From: an uncultured bacterium
GTDB taxonomy: Bacteria; Margulisbacteria; WOR-1; CAVSGV01
Length of the DNA: 64,000 nucleotides
Assembly (NCBI GenBank): GCA_963768305.1
Contig: CAVYHE010000003.1
Coordinates: forward strand, 1 to 64,000
Direction: 5' to 3'
Shown one piece after another: positions 1 through 14,539 of this stretch. Both the position numbers and the translations under genes were made by a program. A model generated the notes under the pieces. The model ran no database searches, was not told where the DNA came from, and saw only the letters and a list, made by a program, of their open reading frames with translations. The stretch's first letter is position 1. Every line of letters begins with the position of its first letter.

Positions 1-195
1 AGCTTCGCGAACCAGGCGCTGTCCGCCGAATTCATCGTGAAGAACTCCAAGTTCCTGGAGAATAAAGTGCACCCGGTCCCGAAGGAGATCGACAGCAACA
101 TCGCGGGCCTCAAGCTGAGGTCGATGGGCGTCTCGCTGGACACTCTTACCGATGAGCAGAAGAAATATCTGGCATCGTGGCAGGAAGGAACCTGA
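1..195 (+). CDS. ahcY: Adenosylhomocysteinase, C-terminal end (partial)
   Basis: Frame 1 reads [15 protein letters not shown]...[39 protein letters not shown], the typical AhcY C-terminus. Confidence 0.9.
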   Translation, partial: SFANQALSAEFIVKNSKFLENKVHPVPKEIDSNIAGLKLRSMGVSLDTLTDEQKKYLASWQEGT

Positions 196-196
196 T

Positions 197-233
197 CAAT
201 TACACAATTAACAATGACACAATGACCAATTAA
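197..233. repeat. Short tandem 7/8-mer repeat CAAT(T/G)A(C/A)
   Basis: CAATTACA CAATTAA CAATGACA CAATGAC CAATTAA in the intergenic region. Confidence 0.7.
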
Positions 234-247
234 GGAATAATTATTAT

Positions 248-589
248 ATGGATGAAAAAGAGAGAACACTTTTAGAAAAGATGAATGCCAATGTCGAGAA
301 GCTGGCGGCGCATTTTGAAAAAGCCACCATTCAAGATTACCTTAAGTTCGTCGGCAATCCATGGAAGGTCCTGGGCACGAACCTTCTCGCCGGGATAATG
401 AGGGGCTTCGGGCTCGCGATAGGGATCACGATAATTTTCGCTGTGATCATGATCATCCTCACAAAGATACTCTCGCATCTCATAACGCTTCCCTTCGTTG
501 GCCGGGAAGTTGCCCAGCTGGTGCAAATGGTCAACGGCTACCTGAAGGAAGGCTCGAAGATCAAGCTCGACTCCGGAGGCGGGATGTAA
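248..589 (+). CDS. Small membrane protein, DUF5665-like
   Basis: 113 aa; motif NLLAGIMRGFGLAIG followed by a TM helix. Confidence 0.7.
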   Translation: MDEKERTLLEKMNANVEKLAAHFEKATIQDYLKFVGNPWKVLGTNLLAGIMRGFGLAIGITIIFAVIMIILTKILSHLITLPFVGREVAQLVQMVNGYLKEGSKIKLDSGGGM

Positions 590-1040
590 TTGTTCTATCT
601 GGTCGCTCTCCTCGTTTTTCTTTTTGATCAGCTCTTCAAATATCTGGCGGCGTCAAGACTTTACGGCGTTCTGCCGTATCCGGCGGTGAAATCCCTGCTT
701 TATTTTAGTTATATCCAGAACACAGGGGTGGCTTTCGGCCTCTTCCCGGGGCAGAGGATCGCGCTGATCATGACCGGGCTTTTTGTCTGTGCCTTGATAA
801 TGTACATTTACCTGAAGATCGACCGTTCGGACGTCTTTATCATGCGCTGCCTTAGCGTTCATCATGGGGGGAAGCCTTGGAAATCTGTGTGACCGGATAT
901 TCCGAGGATTCGTCGTCGATTACATCGACTTCCGCGTTTTCCCTGTCTTCAATTTTGCCGACATCATGATAAACCTCGGAGTACTGATGATCATTGCAGA
1001 GATATTTTTCAGGAGGTCGCATGCACCCCGTTCTTTGTAG
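590..1040 (+). CDS. lspA: Signal peptidase II (one frameshift near 850, probable sequencing error)
   Basis: DQLFK and NTGVAFG in the first frame; GNLCDRIFRGFVVDYID and FNFAD in the second frame, stop at 1038-1040. Confidence 0.9.
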
Positions 1041-1716
1041 GCTTGGCCCTTTCACGGTCTATTCATGGGGTTTCATGGTGGCCGTTGGTTTCCTTGCGGG
1101 CCTTGCGGTAGCGGTGAGGTATGCGGCGAAAGAAGGCATCGGTGCCGAAACGATACTGGACCTTTTCATCTATGTCGTCATTTCCGCGATCGTGGGTGCC
1201 AGATTGTTCTATGTTATCGGTTTTCCTCAGAGCTTCATTCAAGATCCGCTTTCGATCTTTCGGGTCAATGAAGGCGGCATGGTCTTTTTCGGCGGATTGC
1301 TCTTTTCGTTAATGTCCGTGATAGTCTTCGTTCACAAGCGGAAGATAGATGTGTGGAAAATGCTGGATGCTATCGCGCCTGCCTGTGCGCTCGGCTACGG
1401 GATCGGAAGGATCGGCTGCTTTCTTAACGGATGCTGTTACGGCATCGAGCTTTTCGGCATCGTCCAGCCCACTCAGATATATTCATCTGTCGCGGGTTTT
1501 ATTATGTTCGCAGTTCTCACGTGGCTTTATCGCGGGAAAAAGTTCGATGGGCAGATCGCACTCATGGGACTTGTCCTTTACTGTGCCTATCGTTTCTTCC
1601 TCGAGTTCCTGCGGTACAGCCCCGTGCACGTCTGGATATTCACGCTGAATCAGATCCTCGCCGTGCTGATATTTATCGCTGCCTCGTATTTTCTATGGAA
1701 AAAGTCCGCGACATAA
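1021..1716 (+). CDS. lgt: Prolipoprotein diacylglyceryl transferase
   Basis: MHPVL start after AGGAGG; GARLFYV, GGMVFFGG, GRIGCFLNGCCYG, PTQIY, RFFLEFLR. Confidence 0.93.
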   Translation: MHPVLCRLGPFTVYSWGFMVAVGFLAGLAVAVRYAAKEGIGAETILDLFIYVVISAIVGARLFYVIGFPQSFIQDPLSIFRVNEGGMVFFGGLLFSLMSVIVFVHKRKIDVWKMLDAIAPACALGYGIGRIGCFLNGCCYGIELFGIVQPTQIYSSVAGFIMFAVLTWLYRGKKFDGQIALMGLVLYCAYRFFLEFLRYSPVHVWIFTLNQILAVLIFIAASYFLWKKSAT

Positions 1717-2618
1717 TCGTCAAAGCGGTCGACCAAAATAAACGGATCGACGTTTTTCTTTCCGGCGAGCTCGCTATCACAAGATCGCAGATATCAAAGC
1801 TCATCGATGATGGTTCCATCCTCATAAATAATTCGCGGACGAAATCCGGCCACCGGATCAAGGCGGACGACAGGATATCCGTAAAACTTCCCGAGCCCGG
1901 TCCCATCGAAGCTCAGCCGGAAGATATCCCGCTTAACATCGTCTATGAGGACAAAGACATCATCGTCGTGAACAAGCCGCGCGGAATTGTGGTACATCCG
2001 TCGGCGGGCCATGCGGGCGCAACGCTAGTCAATGCGCTTCTTCACCACTGCAAGGACCTTTCCGGCGTCGGCGGGAAACTTAGGCCCGGCGTTGTCCACA
2101 GGCTCGATAAGGACACTTCGGGGCTGATAGTCTTCGCGAAGAACGATGCTGCGCATCTGGAGCTATCCAGGCAGTTCAAGGATAGGTCGGTGAAAAAAAC
2201 TTATCTGGCGCTTGTCCGCGGGGAGGTCAAGAACGCTACAGGTTCGATCGACGCGCCGCTCGGCAGGCATCCCGTCAACCGCAAGAAGATCGCGGTCATC
2301 GAGTCAGACAGATATAAGAAACGTGAGGCTCGGACAGATTACAAAGTCATAAAGCGTTTTAATGGATACACTCTTCTTGAACTCGATCTGCATACCGGCC
2401 GGACGCATCAGATAAGGGTCCATCTTGCGCATATCGGCTATCCGGTGGTGGGAGATCAGGTCTACTCGCGCAAGAACGATGAATTGAAATTTTCAGGGCA
2501 ATTACTGCATGCGGCGAAATTAAGCTTTGACCATCCTGTGACAGGCAAGCGTCTTGAGTTCTGCGCTGAGATGCCGGAAGATATGAAAGAAGCGATCGAG
2601 TCGATCAGTAGAGGATAA
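1695..2618 (+). CDS. rluD: RluA/RluD family pseudouridine synthase
   Basis: S4 domain, VVNKPRGIVVHP, HRLDKDTSG, TGRTHQIRVH. Confidence 0.93.
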   Translation: MEKVRDIIVKAVDQNKRIDVFLSGELAITRSQISKLIDDGSILINNSRTKSGHRIKADDRISVKLPEPGPIEAQPEDIPLNIVYEDKDIIVVNKPRGIVVHPSAGHAGATLVNALLHHCKDLSGVGGKLRPGVVHRLDKDTSGLIVFAKNDAAHLELSRQFKDRSVKKTYLALVRGEVKNATGSIDAPLGRHPVNRKKIAVIESDRYKKREARTDYKVIKRFNGYTLLELDLHTGRTHQIRVHLAHIGYPVVGDQVYSRKNDELKFSGQLLHAAKLSFDHPVTGKRLEFCAEMPEDMKEAIESISRG

Positions 2619-2907
2619 AGCCCGCGATGATCCCGAAGAAGAGCGATCCGCCCACGATAGCGAACATTTCAGGCGAGCTCACCGGAACTCCGACCATCGC
2701 AGAGGTCAGGCAGGCGATCAATCCGACCGACGCGCCGATGCCGCCGCCGGAGAAAACATTCCAGTTCCTCAGTTCTTTTTCCGTGCGGTCGTAGTCGGCT
2801 TTTATCTGCGTCAGATTGAATGAAGCGTTCCTTTTTAACGCAGGGCTTGTGGCCTTTACGAAGAGTTCTCTCTGTTGAGCTATCTTATTTATCTTTACTC
2901 TGTTCAT
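2605..2907 (-). CDS. Orphan protein with two C-terminal hydrophobic Gly-rich helices
   Basis: 100-aa ORF filling the gap between rluD and coaX; preceded by the shared promoter motif. Confidence 0.65.
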   Translation of the reverse strand: MNRVKINKIAQQRELFVKATSPALKRNASFNLTQIKADYDRTEKELRNWNVFSGGGIGASVGLIACLTSAMVGVPVSSPEMFAIVGGSLFFGIIAGFILY

Positions 2908-2928
2908 TTTATTGTCTTCCCGATTATA

Positions 2929-2955
2929 TATCGGGCTGTTTCCGCGAAAATTTCA
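2929..2955 (-). promoter_or_regulatory. Sigma28-like promoter motif, copy 1
   Basis: Minus strand TGAAA-TTTTCGCGGAAACAGCC-CGATA (17-nt spacer). Confidence 0.7.
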
Positions 2956-3777
2956 CTTTTTCTTCAAAATTATCTGGCCGTATTTTTATTGAAAATCCGC
3001 CAAATATCTGCGCTCTATGATTTCAACTTGTTCCTGTGTTATAATTTACACGAAATTTATGCTTCTTGCTGTTGACATTGGCAATACTAACATCGTACTT
3101 GGATATTTCAAGGGGAACCGCCTTGTCAGCAGGAAGCGCATACTATCGAATGGAAAGTTCAGTGCCGACGTGTTGAGGAAAAATTTCGACGCAGTTGTGA
3201 TCGCGAGCGTCGTTCCATCTTTGACCAGGATCATAGTGAACGCGATACGCAGGCAATTTGATGTTCCGGTCATCGTTGTTAGCTGGAAAATGATCAGTGG
3301 GCTCAAGATCGCGCTGAAGAACAAGAGCGCAGATCGGCATCGACAGGCTCGTCAACGCGGCCGCCGTGAAAAAACTGTACGGTTTTCCCGCGATCGTGAT
3401 AGACTTTGGCACCGCGACCACTTTTTGCGTGCTCGATAAGAAAGGCCGGTACCGCGGAGGAGCTATCACGAGCGGGCTCGCGATATCAAGGGACGTCCTG
3501 CATGAGCGCACGGCGAAGTTGCCTTTGATAAGCATCAGAAAGCCGAAGAAGGCCGTCGGCGGAAATACGAGTCGAAGCGATGAGGTCGGGGCTGTTTTAC
3601 GGCTATGTCGCGATGGTCGAGGGCATGGTGAGGCGGATTCAAAGGAGATCAAGGCGCAAGCCGATAGTCGTTGCGACCGGCGGGCTTGCAAAAGTGATTG
3701 CAAAAGGCACGAAAATATTCGATTATGTAGATCAGGACCTGACCTTAAAGGGCTGAATATGATATATAATGAAATGC

Positions 3778-3807
3778 AAGATGAGCTAGAGGAGCTAGAG
3801 GTTAAAG
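3778..3807 (+). repeat. Dispersed 9-mer repeat element (GAGCTAGAG)x2, copy A
   Basis: AAGATGAGCTAGAGGAGCTAGAGGTTAAAG; near-identical inverted copy at 40347-40378. Confidence 0.65.
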
Positions 3808-5327
<1,520 letters not shown>

Positions 5328-5356
<29 letters not shown>

Positions 5357-5974
5357 GAAGATACTGGAGAGCCTGAAGGGCGCGTCTATTATATATGTAA
5401 TAGGATGCGGCAGGTGCGCCACCTCGTGCTCCACCGGCGGAGAAGACCAGGTGAAGGAGATCGTCGCCAAGCTGAAGAAGGACGGCAAAAAGATCGCCGG
5501 ATCTTTTGTCATCGAGGCTCCCTGCGATGAGAGGCTTGTCGGCAAGTTCTCGAGAGGCGAAAAAGCGAAGATCGACAAAGCCGACGCAATGCTGGTGCTT
5601 GGCTGCGGGGCAGGGGTGCAGACCGTTTCGGATGTCGTCAAGCTTCCTACTGTCCCCGCGCTCGAATCGATATTTCCTGGGCAAGACCAAATCGCTCGGC
5701 AAGTTCTATGAGCTATGCGTCATGTGCGGGGACTGCCAGCTTGAGACAACGGGCGGCATTTGTCCCGCGGCGAGGTGTTCGAAGCATCTTGCTCAACGGG
5801 CCGTGCGGCGGCTCGCATAAAGGTAAATGCGAGGTCGACCAGAATATCGACTGCGCGTGGTATCTGATATTTGAGAGGCTGAAAGAGTTGAAGCAGTTCG
5901 ACAAGGTGAAGAAGTACCAGAAGCCGAAGGATTACTCAAAGGTCATCAGGCCGAGGAAAGTGGAATTAAGATGA
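5328..5974 (+). CDS. metV: Methylenetetrahydrofolate reductase small Fe-S/Zn subunit, MetV-like (frameshifts)
   Basis: [50 protein letters not shown]...CAW. Confidence 0.85.
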
Positions 5975-6833
5975 CGTTCAAAGAAGCACTAAAGAATAAA
6001 AAATTTCGTTGTCACGGCTGAGCTCTCGCCGCCGAAAGGCGTTGACCTTGCCGAAGTCCTAAAGAAAGCGGACTTTCTTAAAGGCAAAGTCGACGGCGTG
6101 AACGCGACTGACAACCAAAGGGCCGTCCTTCATTTGAGCTCGCTTGCTTTCTGCGCACTGCTCAAGCAGAAAGGCCTTGATCCGATTCTTCAGGTCAATT
6201 GCCGCGACAGGAACGCCTTGGCGATATCGTCGGATCTTCTTGGTGCATACGCTTTGGGGATCCGCAATGTTCTTGCCATAAGCGGCGATTATCCGAAGAA
6301 ATCGCTCCACCATGTGGTCAAACCCGTTTTCGATATCGATTCGGTCCAGCTCATCAAGTTGATAAAGGATATGAACGCGGGCAAGGATTTCGCCGGCGAG
6401 GCTTTGACGGGTTCGCCTGATTTCACGGTCGGCGGGGTAGTAAATCCCGGAGCTGACCCTATCGAAGGGCAGATAGTCAAACTTCAGAAAAAGATCGATG
6501 TCGGAGCGGAATTCATACAAACTCAGATAGTGTATGATGTTGACGGCTTCAAAAGATTCAGGGATCAGACCAAAAATATCAAAGCTAAGTTCCTCCTGGG
6601 GATCCTTCCTGTAAGGTCAGCGAAGATGGTGCAGGTCATCCAGAACATCCCCGGTGTCCACCTGCCTAAGAAGCTTGCCGAAAGGATCGAAAAGGCTTCC
6701 GATCCGGTCAAAGAGGGGATAGAGATATCGCTTCAGAATCATCAAGGAACTAAAAGGTTATATCGACGGCGTCCACTTTATGACATTGAATAATGTCGAG
6801 GCGATACCGGAGATACTTTCCCGGTTGATATAA
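5971..6833 (+). CDS. metF: Methylenetetrahydrofolate reductase (frameshifts)
   Basis: VTAELSPPKG, NATDNQRA, CRDRN, GIRNVLAISGD, KIDVGAEFIQTQ. Confidence 0.9.
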
Positions 6834-6866
6834 AATAATGGGAACAGTTTAATAGCTCAAGGAATA

Positions 6867-7470
6867 TTATTTGCTGTCAGGGGTCTTTCCGTAATCAAAA
6901 GGGAGTAATGCGACTATTCGGCCAGTTTCGTTTATGACGCATTTAACTGCTTTTCCTGCATATTCCCCAATGATATTCTTATTCATGTCGATCATTTTTT
7001 CGGGCCAGCTTGAATCACCGCTCACACCTGATGGGTGGTATCCGCCAATGACGTTGTTTTTCAGGTCCTTTATGCTATATTCACCGACGCTGAGCGAGAC
7101 ATATTTAGATTTCATAACCGCAGTTGCAATCTTTTCACCTTTCATGTTATACATCATCAAATGATGCACTCGATGTTCTATTATGTTGTTCATCACTGAT
7201 CCAGCTCCGTTTCCCGGTAGCAATGTTAGACATGACGAATCCATCTTTTATGGAATATCTTCGACCCTGCTGATCGAACAAAAGGCCTTTTAATCTGGGA
7301 ATGGAGACGAAGCACGAATTATTTGCGTTTATCGACGACGCGGGAATGTCCGCGATTGCGGACTCGATGTTTAGCAGTTCACGAAGATCCAGTTGGTTAT
7401 TTTTCTTTTTGTTGCTCGACACGTTCTGAGACGAAAGATTATTCGTTGCAGGAGCAGTTCCTTGAACCAT
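6867..7470 (-). CDS. Orphan protein, probably one gene split by a frameshift near 7245
   Basis: Overlapping ORFs 7147-7479 and 6867-7244; SD AAGGAGG at 7480-7486; shared promoter motif upstream. Confidence 0.55.
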
Positions 7471-7513
7471 TATCATCATCCTCCTTGAATCCCTTTGGAT
7501 CCTTACTGCCTAT

Positions 7514-7540
7514 TATCGGCGCATTGTTTTGGAAATTTCA
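7514..7540 (-). promoter_or_regulatory. Sigma28-like promoter motif, copy 2
   Basis: Minus strand TGAAA-TTTCCAAAACAATGCGC-CGATA(A); contains a perfect GCCGATAA. Confidence 0.75.
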
Positions 7541-7587
7541 GTTTATTTTGAAAAATGTTGAGGAGATACTAGGAGGATCTTGAAGTG

Positions 7588-8969
7588 CTAGCTTCTTCCG
7601 CCGACCGTTATCAAAGGTATTCTGATGGTCGGCTGTCCGGTTGAAACGGGTGCGTGGTCGAATTTGCCGCATACTCCCGTCTGAAAGCCCAGGTCCCATC
7701 CCACCATATCGATATCCTGAAGAACCTTTCGGGCCGTTGCCGATAAGCATGGCGCCGCGGACCGGCTCTTTAACCTCGCCATTTATCAATAATGTAAGCT
7801 TCTGTGACTTCGAAGACAAAGTCGCCGTTCGTCACATTTACCTGGCCGCCGCCCATCTTTTTAACGAGAAGCCCGTTTTTTACCGAAGCGATGATCGCTT
7901 TCGGATCGGTCATGCCGGATTGGATGAAAGTATTCGTCATGCGGGGGATGGGCTTCGTCCTGAACGTTTCCCTTCGGCCGTTCCCGCTCGAAAGCATTTC
8001 GAGCGCATTGGCGTTGAAAACATCCGACATGTAACCCCTAAGGATGCCGTTCTCTATCAAGCATTTCTTCTGTGCCGGTGTTCCTTCATCGTCGAATCTG
8101 TAAGTACCGAACTTCCCCGGATATGTCGCATCATCCACGACGGTCACGCATTCAGCCGCTACTTTTTTGCCGATCTTGCCCGCGAAGACCGAAGTGCCTT
8201 TGTTAATGAAATCGGCTTCCAGCGCGTGTCCGCAGGCTTCGTGCACCATCGTCCCGCCGGCGTCGGATGATATTACGACCGGCATCTGGCCTGACGGCGC
8301 GTGCTTCGCATCCAGCATCATCAGCGCGCGCTGGGCGGCGCTCGCCGCGAGCTTGACCGGGTCAAATTCTTCGAACAGTTCAAAGCCGACCGTGCCACCC
8401 GGCGCTTCATACCCCGTCTGGAGAACTCCGTCCTTCTCAGCCGTTATCTGGATGGCGATCCGCGTCCTTACCCTGTTGTCCTCGACGTATGCGCCGTTCG
8501 AATTCGCTATCGTCACGGCCTGGTTCGAGTCGGCATACCGCACGGTGACCTGCCGGATGTTCTTGCCGAATGACCTTGCCGTCTCGTTAGCCTTGATGAC
8601 GAGCGCGGCCTTTTCATCCATCGGAACGGAATTCGGCCTTCTTTTAATGTTCATCTCGGAGCTCGGCGGCGATGGTTTGAGCGTGATCTTAATCCTTTTC
8701 GATATTGAAGCGACCGAGCGGCTCAATTCTTCGGCCTTTTGGAGCAGGGTGGGGAGGTTCGCATCGTTCGAGCAGGCGTAATAAGTCATTTTATCTTTGA
8801 TTACTCGTATCCCTGCTCCAGCATCGGTCCCGGAAGATATCTTATCCATCTTGCCGTCTTCAAGCGCGATGCTCGTTTGGTCGCTGGATTCGATGAAGAT
8901 ATCCGCGAAGTCGCCGCCTTTTGACAGCGCGGTCGTGAGTATCTGTTCGATATCGGATTTGGAGAGCAT
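7588..8969 (-). CDS. tldD: TldD/PmbA family metalloprotease (3' frameshifts)
   Basis: GGDFADIFIE, HEACGHALEAD, FDDEG, GNGRRE, PRMTNT, GGQVN, CGK, GQPTIRI. Confidence 0.93.
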
Positions 8970-8970
8970 A

Positions 8971-8999
8971 TTGAGAAGTATATCATATTCTGATAAAAT
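8971..8999 (+). promoter_or_regulatory. Sigma70-type promoter for the tRNA pair
   Basis: TTGAGA-17 nt-TAAAAT just upstream of tRNA-Ile. Confidence 0.55.
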
Positions 9000-9015
9000 A
9001 CCGGCCTGTCTAAGT

Positions 9016-9088
9016 GGGCCATTAGCTCAGATGGTAGAGCGTACCCCTGATAAGGGTAAGGTGGTTGGTTCGATCCCAACATGGCCCA
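9016..9088 (+). tRNA. tRNA-Ile(GAT)
   Basis: Acceptor stem GGGCCAT/ATGGCCC, anticodon loop CTGATAA, GGTTCGA T-loop; no encoded CCA. Confidence 0.95.
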
Positions 9089-9096
9089 TTTTTATC

Positions 9097-9169
9097 GGGC
9101 CGGTAGTTCAGTTGGGAGAACGCCTGCTTTGCAAGCAGGAGGTCAGCGGTTCGATCCCGCTCCGGTCCA
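9097..9169 (+). tRNA. tRNA-Ala(TGC)
   Basis: Acceptor stem GGGCCGG/CCGGTCC with G3:U70, anticodon loop TTTGCAA; no encoded CCA. Confidence 0.95.
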
Positions 9170-9177
9170 TTTTTTAC

Positions 9178-9206
9178 TTGCCATTACGCCTGCCTGATAA
9201 TAGAAT
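9178..9206 (+). promoter_or_regulatory. Sigma70-type promoter for the inserted membrane-protein gene
   Basis: TTGCCA-17 nt-TAGAAT. Confidence 0.55.
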
Positions 9207-9230
9207 CTACTCCGCAAAGGGGGAGCAAAC

Positions 9231-9639
9231 ATGAAAAAGATCATCATCGGCGGGATCGTTGCGGGCGTGGTTATCATTATCGTTGGAATGGTGTTCGGAG
9301 CTCTCGCGTCAGGAATGTATAAAATGTCGCCAAAAGCGCTCTGGAAGCCGATGGGCGGCAACTGGGTCACTGAATATTGCATATTCGATATCATCGTCGG
9401 ACTGCTTCTCGCGTGGGTCTATTCACTTGTAAGTCCCGCTCTAGACAGGTAAAGCAATGTCAAAGGGCCTGATTTTCGGGCTTGCCATGTTCGCGGTTGG
9501 GCCGTTCGTTGGGCTTGGAATGACATATCTGACCATGGCGGTCAGGACGAAACTGGTTGCGGTCTGGGCGCTGAACGACCTGCTGAACTATGTCCTTGCA
9601 GGCCTGATTTTTGACCTGATAGACAAAAAAATCCCTTGA
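9231..9639 (+). CDS. Small four-TM membrane protein (frameshift near 9450)
   Basis: Two consecutive hydrophobic ORFs; SD GGGGAG before the ATG. Confidence 0.65.
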
Positions 9640-9664
9640 CAAGATATTAAGCTGCCGATATAAT
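9636..9664 (+). promoter_or_regulatory. Consensus sigma70 promoter for 23S-5S rRNA
   Basis: TTGACA(9636-9641)-17 nt-TATAAT(9659-9664). Confidence 0.85.
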
Positions 9665-9787
9665 TACGCCCGCTTTATGCAGGAAAACTTTTGGTAGTTT
9701 TTCTTGGACGCATCAAGAGATAAAAACGCACTTGATGTGCGTTTTTTTGTATTGTTTGGGCCCTTCCGGGCCGGCCGAATACGGCAA

Positions 9788-9800
9788 AGTTCTTTGAAAA
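9788..9800 (+). promoter_or_regulatory. boxA-like rRNA antitermination element
   Basis: AGTTCTTTGAAAA in the 23S leader. Confidence 0.65.
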
Positions 9801-9884
9801 TTGAAATAGTTTTTCTGAATTAAAAGAGCCAAGAAGAGAAAAACGCGCTTTAGACGAATATAATTCCGTATAATTAGCGGAAAT

Positions 9885-12817
<2,933 letters not shown>

Positions 12818-12989
12818 TACCGCTAATTATACAGTATTTGAATGTTCTTATTTGATCTTTGATTTTTAGCTTCCGTATTCTCTTTGAATGTAATTAGTTA
12901 CAGCGAGGGGAGTAGGTTCGACGAGGAGTCGAACCGTTGAGGGGTTTACCCCTCAAGGCCGGAACGTAATAAACTAAGTTACTTTTATT

Positions 12990-13104
12990 GTGGGTGACCA
13001 TACCGGGAGTGTCCCACCTGTTCCCATTCCGAACACAGAAGTGAAATCTCCCAGGGCCGATGGTAGTGGCCGGGCAACTGGTTGTGAGAGTAGGACGTCG
13101 CCCC
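12990..13104 (+). rRNA. rrf: 5S ribosomal RNA
   Basis: CACCTGTTCCCATTCCGAACACAGAAGTGAA, GCCGATGGTAGT, GAGAGTAGGACGTCGCC. Confidence 0.95.
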
Positions 13105-13112
13105 TTTTTTTG

Positions 13113-13148
13113 AAAGAGCTCATCAGAAATGATGGGCTCTTTCGTTTT
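13113..13148 (+). terminator. Intrinsic terminator after 5S
   Basis: AAAGAGCTCATC-agaaat-GATGGGCTCTTT followed by cgtttt. Confidence 0.7.
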
Positions 13149-13203
13149 AGGGCCTCTTCGCCAGCCTCGAAGCCCGGAATCCCCAATAGTATTTTCTAAA
13201 AAA

Positions 13204-13230
13204 TGAAATTTCCCGAAAAATGTGACGATA
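13204..13230 (+). promoter_or_regulatory. Sigma28-like promoter motif, copy 3
   Basis: TGAAA-TTTCCCGAAAAATGTGA-CGATA(A). Confidence 0.7.
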
Positions 13231-13294
13231 AGTATATAGGGAGATAATTTAAGAGGATAGGGAATTAAAAAGCTCAAAAAGAGAGGATATAAAT

Positions 13295-14038
13295 ATGGGC
13301 TTAGCTGGAATTGGCCGCACAAAAGGAACAGGGTTGCCCAGTTGGGTATTGGGTGCTTTACGGCCTGGCCGCATGCGAATGGAGCGGTCCGCAAAATGCA
13401 TTACCAATATTGTAAGATCCATCGGGGGGATACATCCGCGCTCAATGACCATGTTAACTGCTTTGTTAAGTTCTACAATCAGTAATGAACCTCAGTATAT
13501 TTCTTTTAAAGGTAATGTGTCTGTTTTGGACAAAAACGTTTTTACGCTTAGCGATCTAGCTGGGATTCGTGCGGCGATCAAAGAAACTCCCACTTTCAGG
13601 CATATAATCGGGATAGATAAAGTTGCGTCTATCAGCAATCCTGTTGTTGACAGCCCGAAAGTTGAGGAAATAGATGCAAGAGATATTTGGACGGATAATT
13701 CGAGCGATCATTTTTACACTTCCGATCTTGTTCATCACTTGATCTTTGGGTATAAGGTCGGCCTTATTCAAACAAGAGCTCGCGGGACTTACGGCAGGGA
13801 TGATGGGTCCGGTGAAGGAACTCTTTTCCTGACTTCCGGTATCCTTCATTTTAATTATCATTATGATGAATCAATATGCGATGGCTCCGATAACTTTTAT
13901 TCAATATCTTTTTATGTCCCGACCAAAAAAGGTGCAAATCCTGAATCCCTGCCCAATTTAGTGAAAGAGGTTTTTCCTGGCGGGATATTTAAGAAGGCGT
14001 TTTCTTTGGAATATAAGCCTGAACAAATGGAATATTGA
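13295..14038 (+). CDS. Orphan hypothetical protein
   Basis: 247-aa ORF, SD GAGG, no recognisable family. Confidence 0.7.
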   Translation: MGLAGIGRTKGTGLPSWVLGALRPGRMRMERSAKCITNIVRSIGGIHPRSMTMLTALLSSTISNEPQYISFKGNVSVLDKNVFTLSDLAGIRAAIKETPTFRHIIGIDKVASISNPVVDSPKVEEIDARDIWTDNSSDHFYTSDLVHHLIFGYKVGLIQTRARGTYGRDDGSGEGTLFLTSGILHFNYHYDESICDGSDNFYSISFYVPTKKGANPESLPNLVKEVFPGGIFKKAFSLEYKPEQMEY

Positions 14039-14060
14039 TAGGGATAGTATGCGCAGGCCT

Positions 14061-14459
14061 TCACTTATCGATCTTCGGAATATCGTTTGTTCTCGCATCT
14101 AATACATATCCGTATTTGGCAGCTTTAATAGTATTAGTATAGACCTCTTTAAGCGCCAGTTTCCTGGCAGGATCTTTTTCCAATTGATACATAGCTCTTA
14201 TCACAGACAACGCCTCTCTTTCTAATGGCGTAATTGTGCCAAACAAGCTTAAATATTGCGGCACACCGATTGCATTGTTGTCATTTTGTGTCGCAATATG
14301 GCGCATGCTCTTATTATCGGTTATCACTGTAACTTTAATGCCACCAAATAGCCGATTGACACTATAACAAACATTTTCCAAATAAACCGTTGTTTCTTTG
14401 TTGTCAGATTTGATCCTGTATCCAGGTGTGCTCAAATTTACAGTATTTATTGTTGCCAT
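14061..14459 (-). CDS. Orphan hypothetical protein
   Basis: 132-aa ORF, SD AAGGAGG; N-terminus MATINTVNLST. Confidence 0.7.
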   Translation of the reverse strand: MATINTVNLSTPGYRIKSDNKETTVYLENVCYSVNRLFGGIKVTVITDNKSMRHIATQNDNNAIGVPQYLSLFGTITPLEREALSVIRAMYQLEKDPARKLALKEVYTNTIKAAKYGYVLDARTNDIPKIDK

Positions 14460-14506
14460 TATAATTACCTCCTTTTATAATCTAAAACTTCCCTTTCTAT
14501 ATAATA

Positions 14507-14533
14507 TATCGTCATATTCTTCCGAAAATTTCA
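14507..14533 (-). promoter_or_regulatory. Sigma28-like promoter motif, copy 4
   Basis: Minus strand TGAAA-TTTTCGGAAGAATATGA-CGATA(T). Confidence 0.7.
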
Positions 14534-14539
14534 CTTTTT

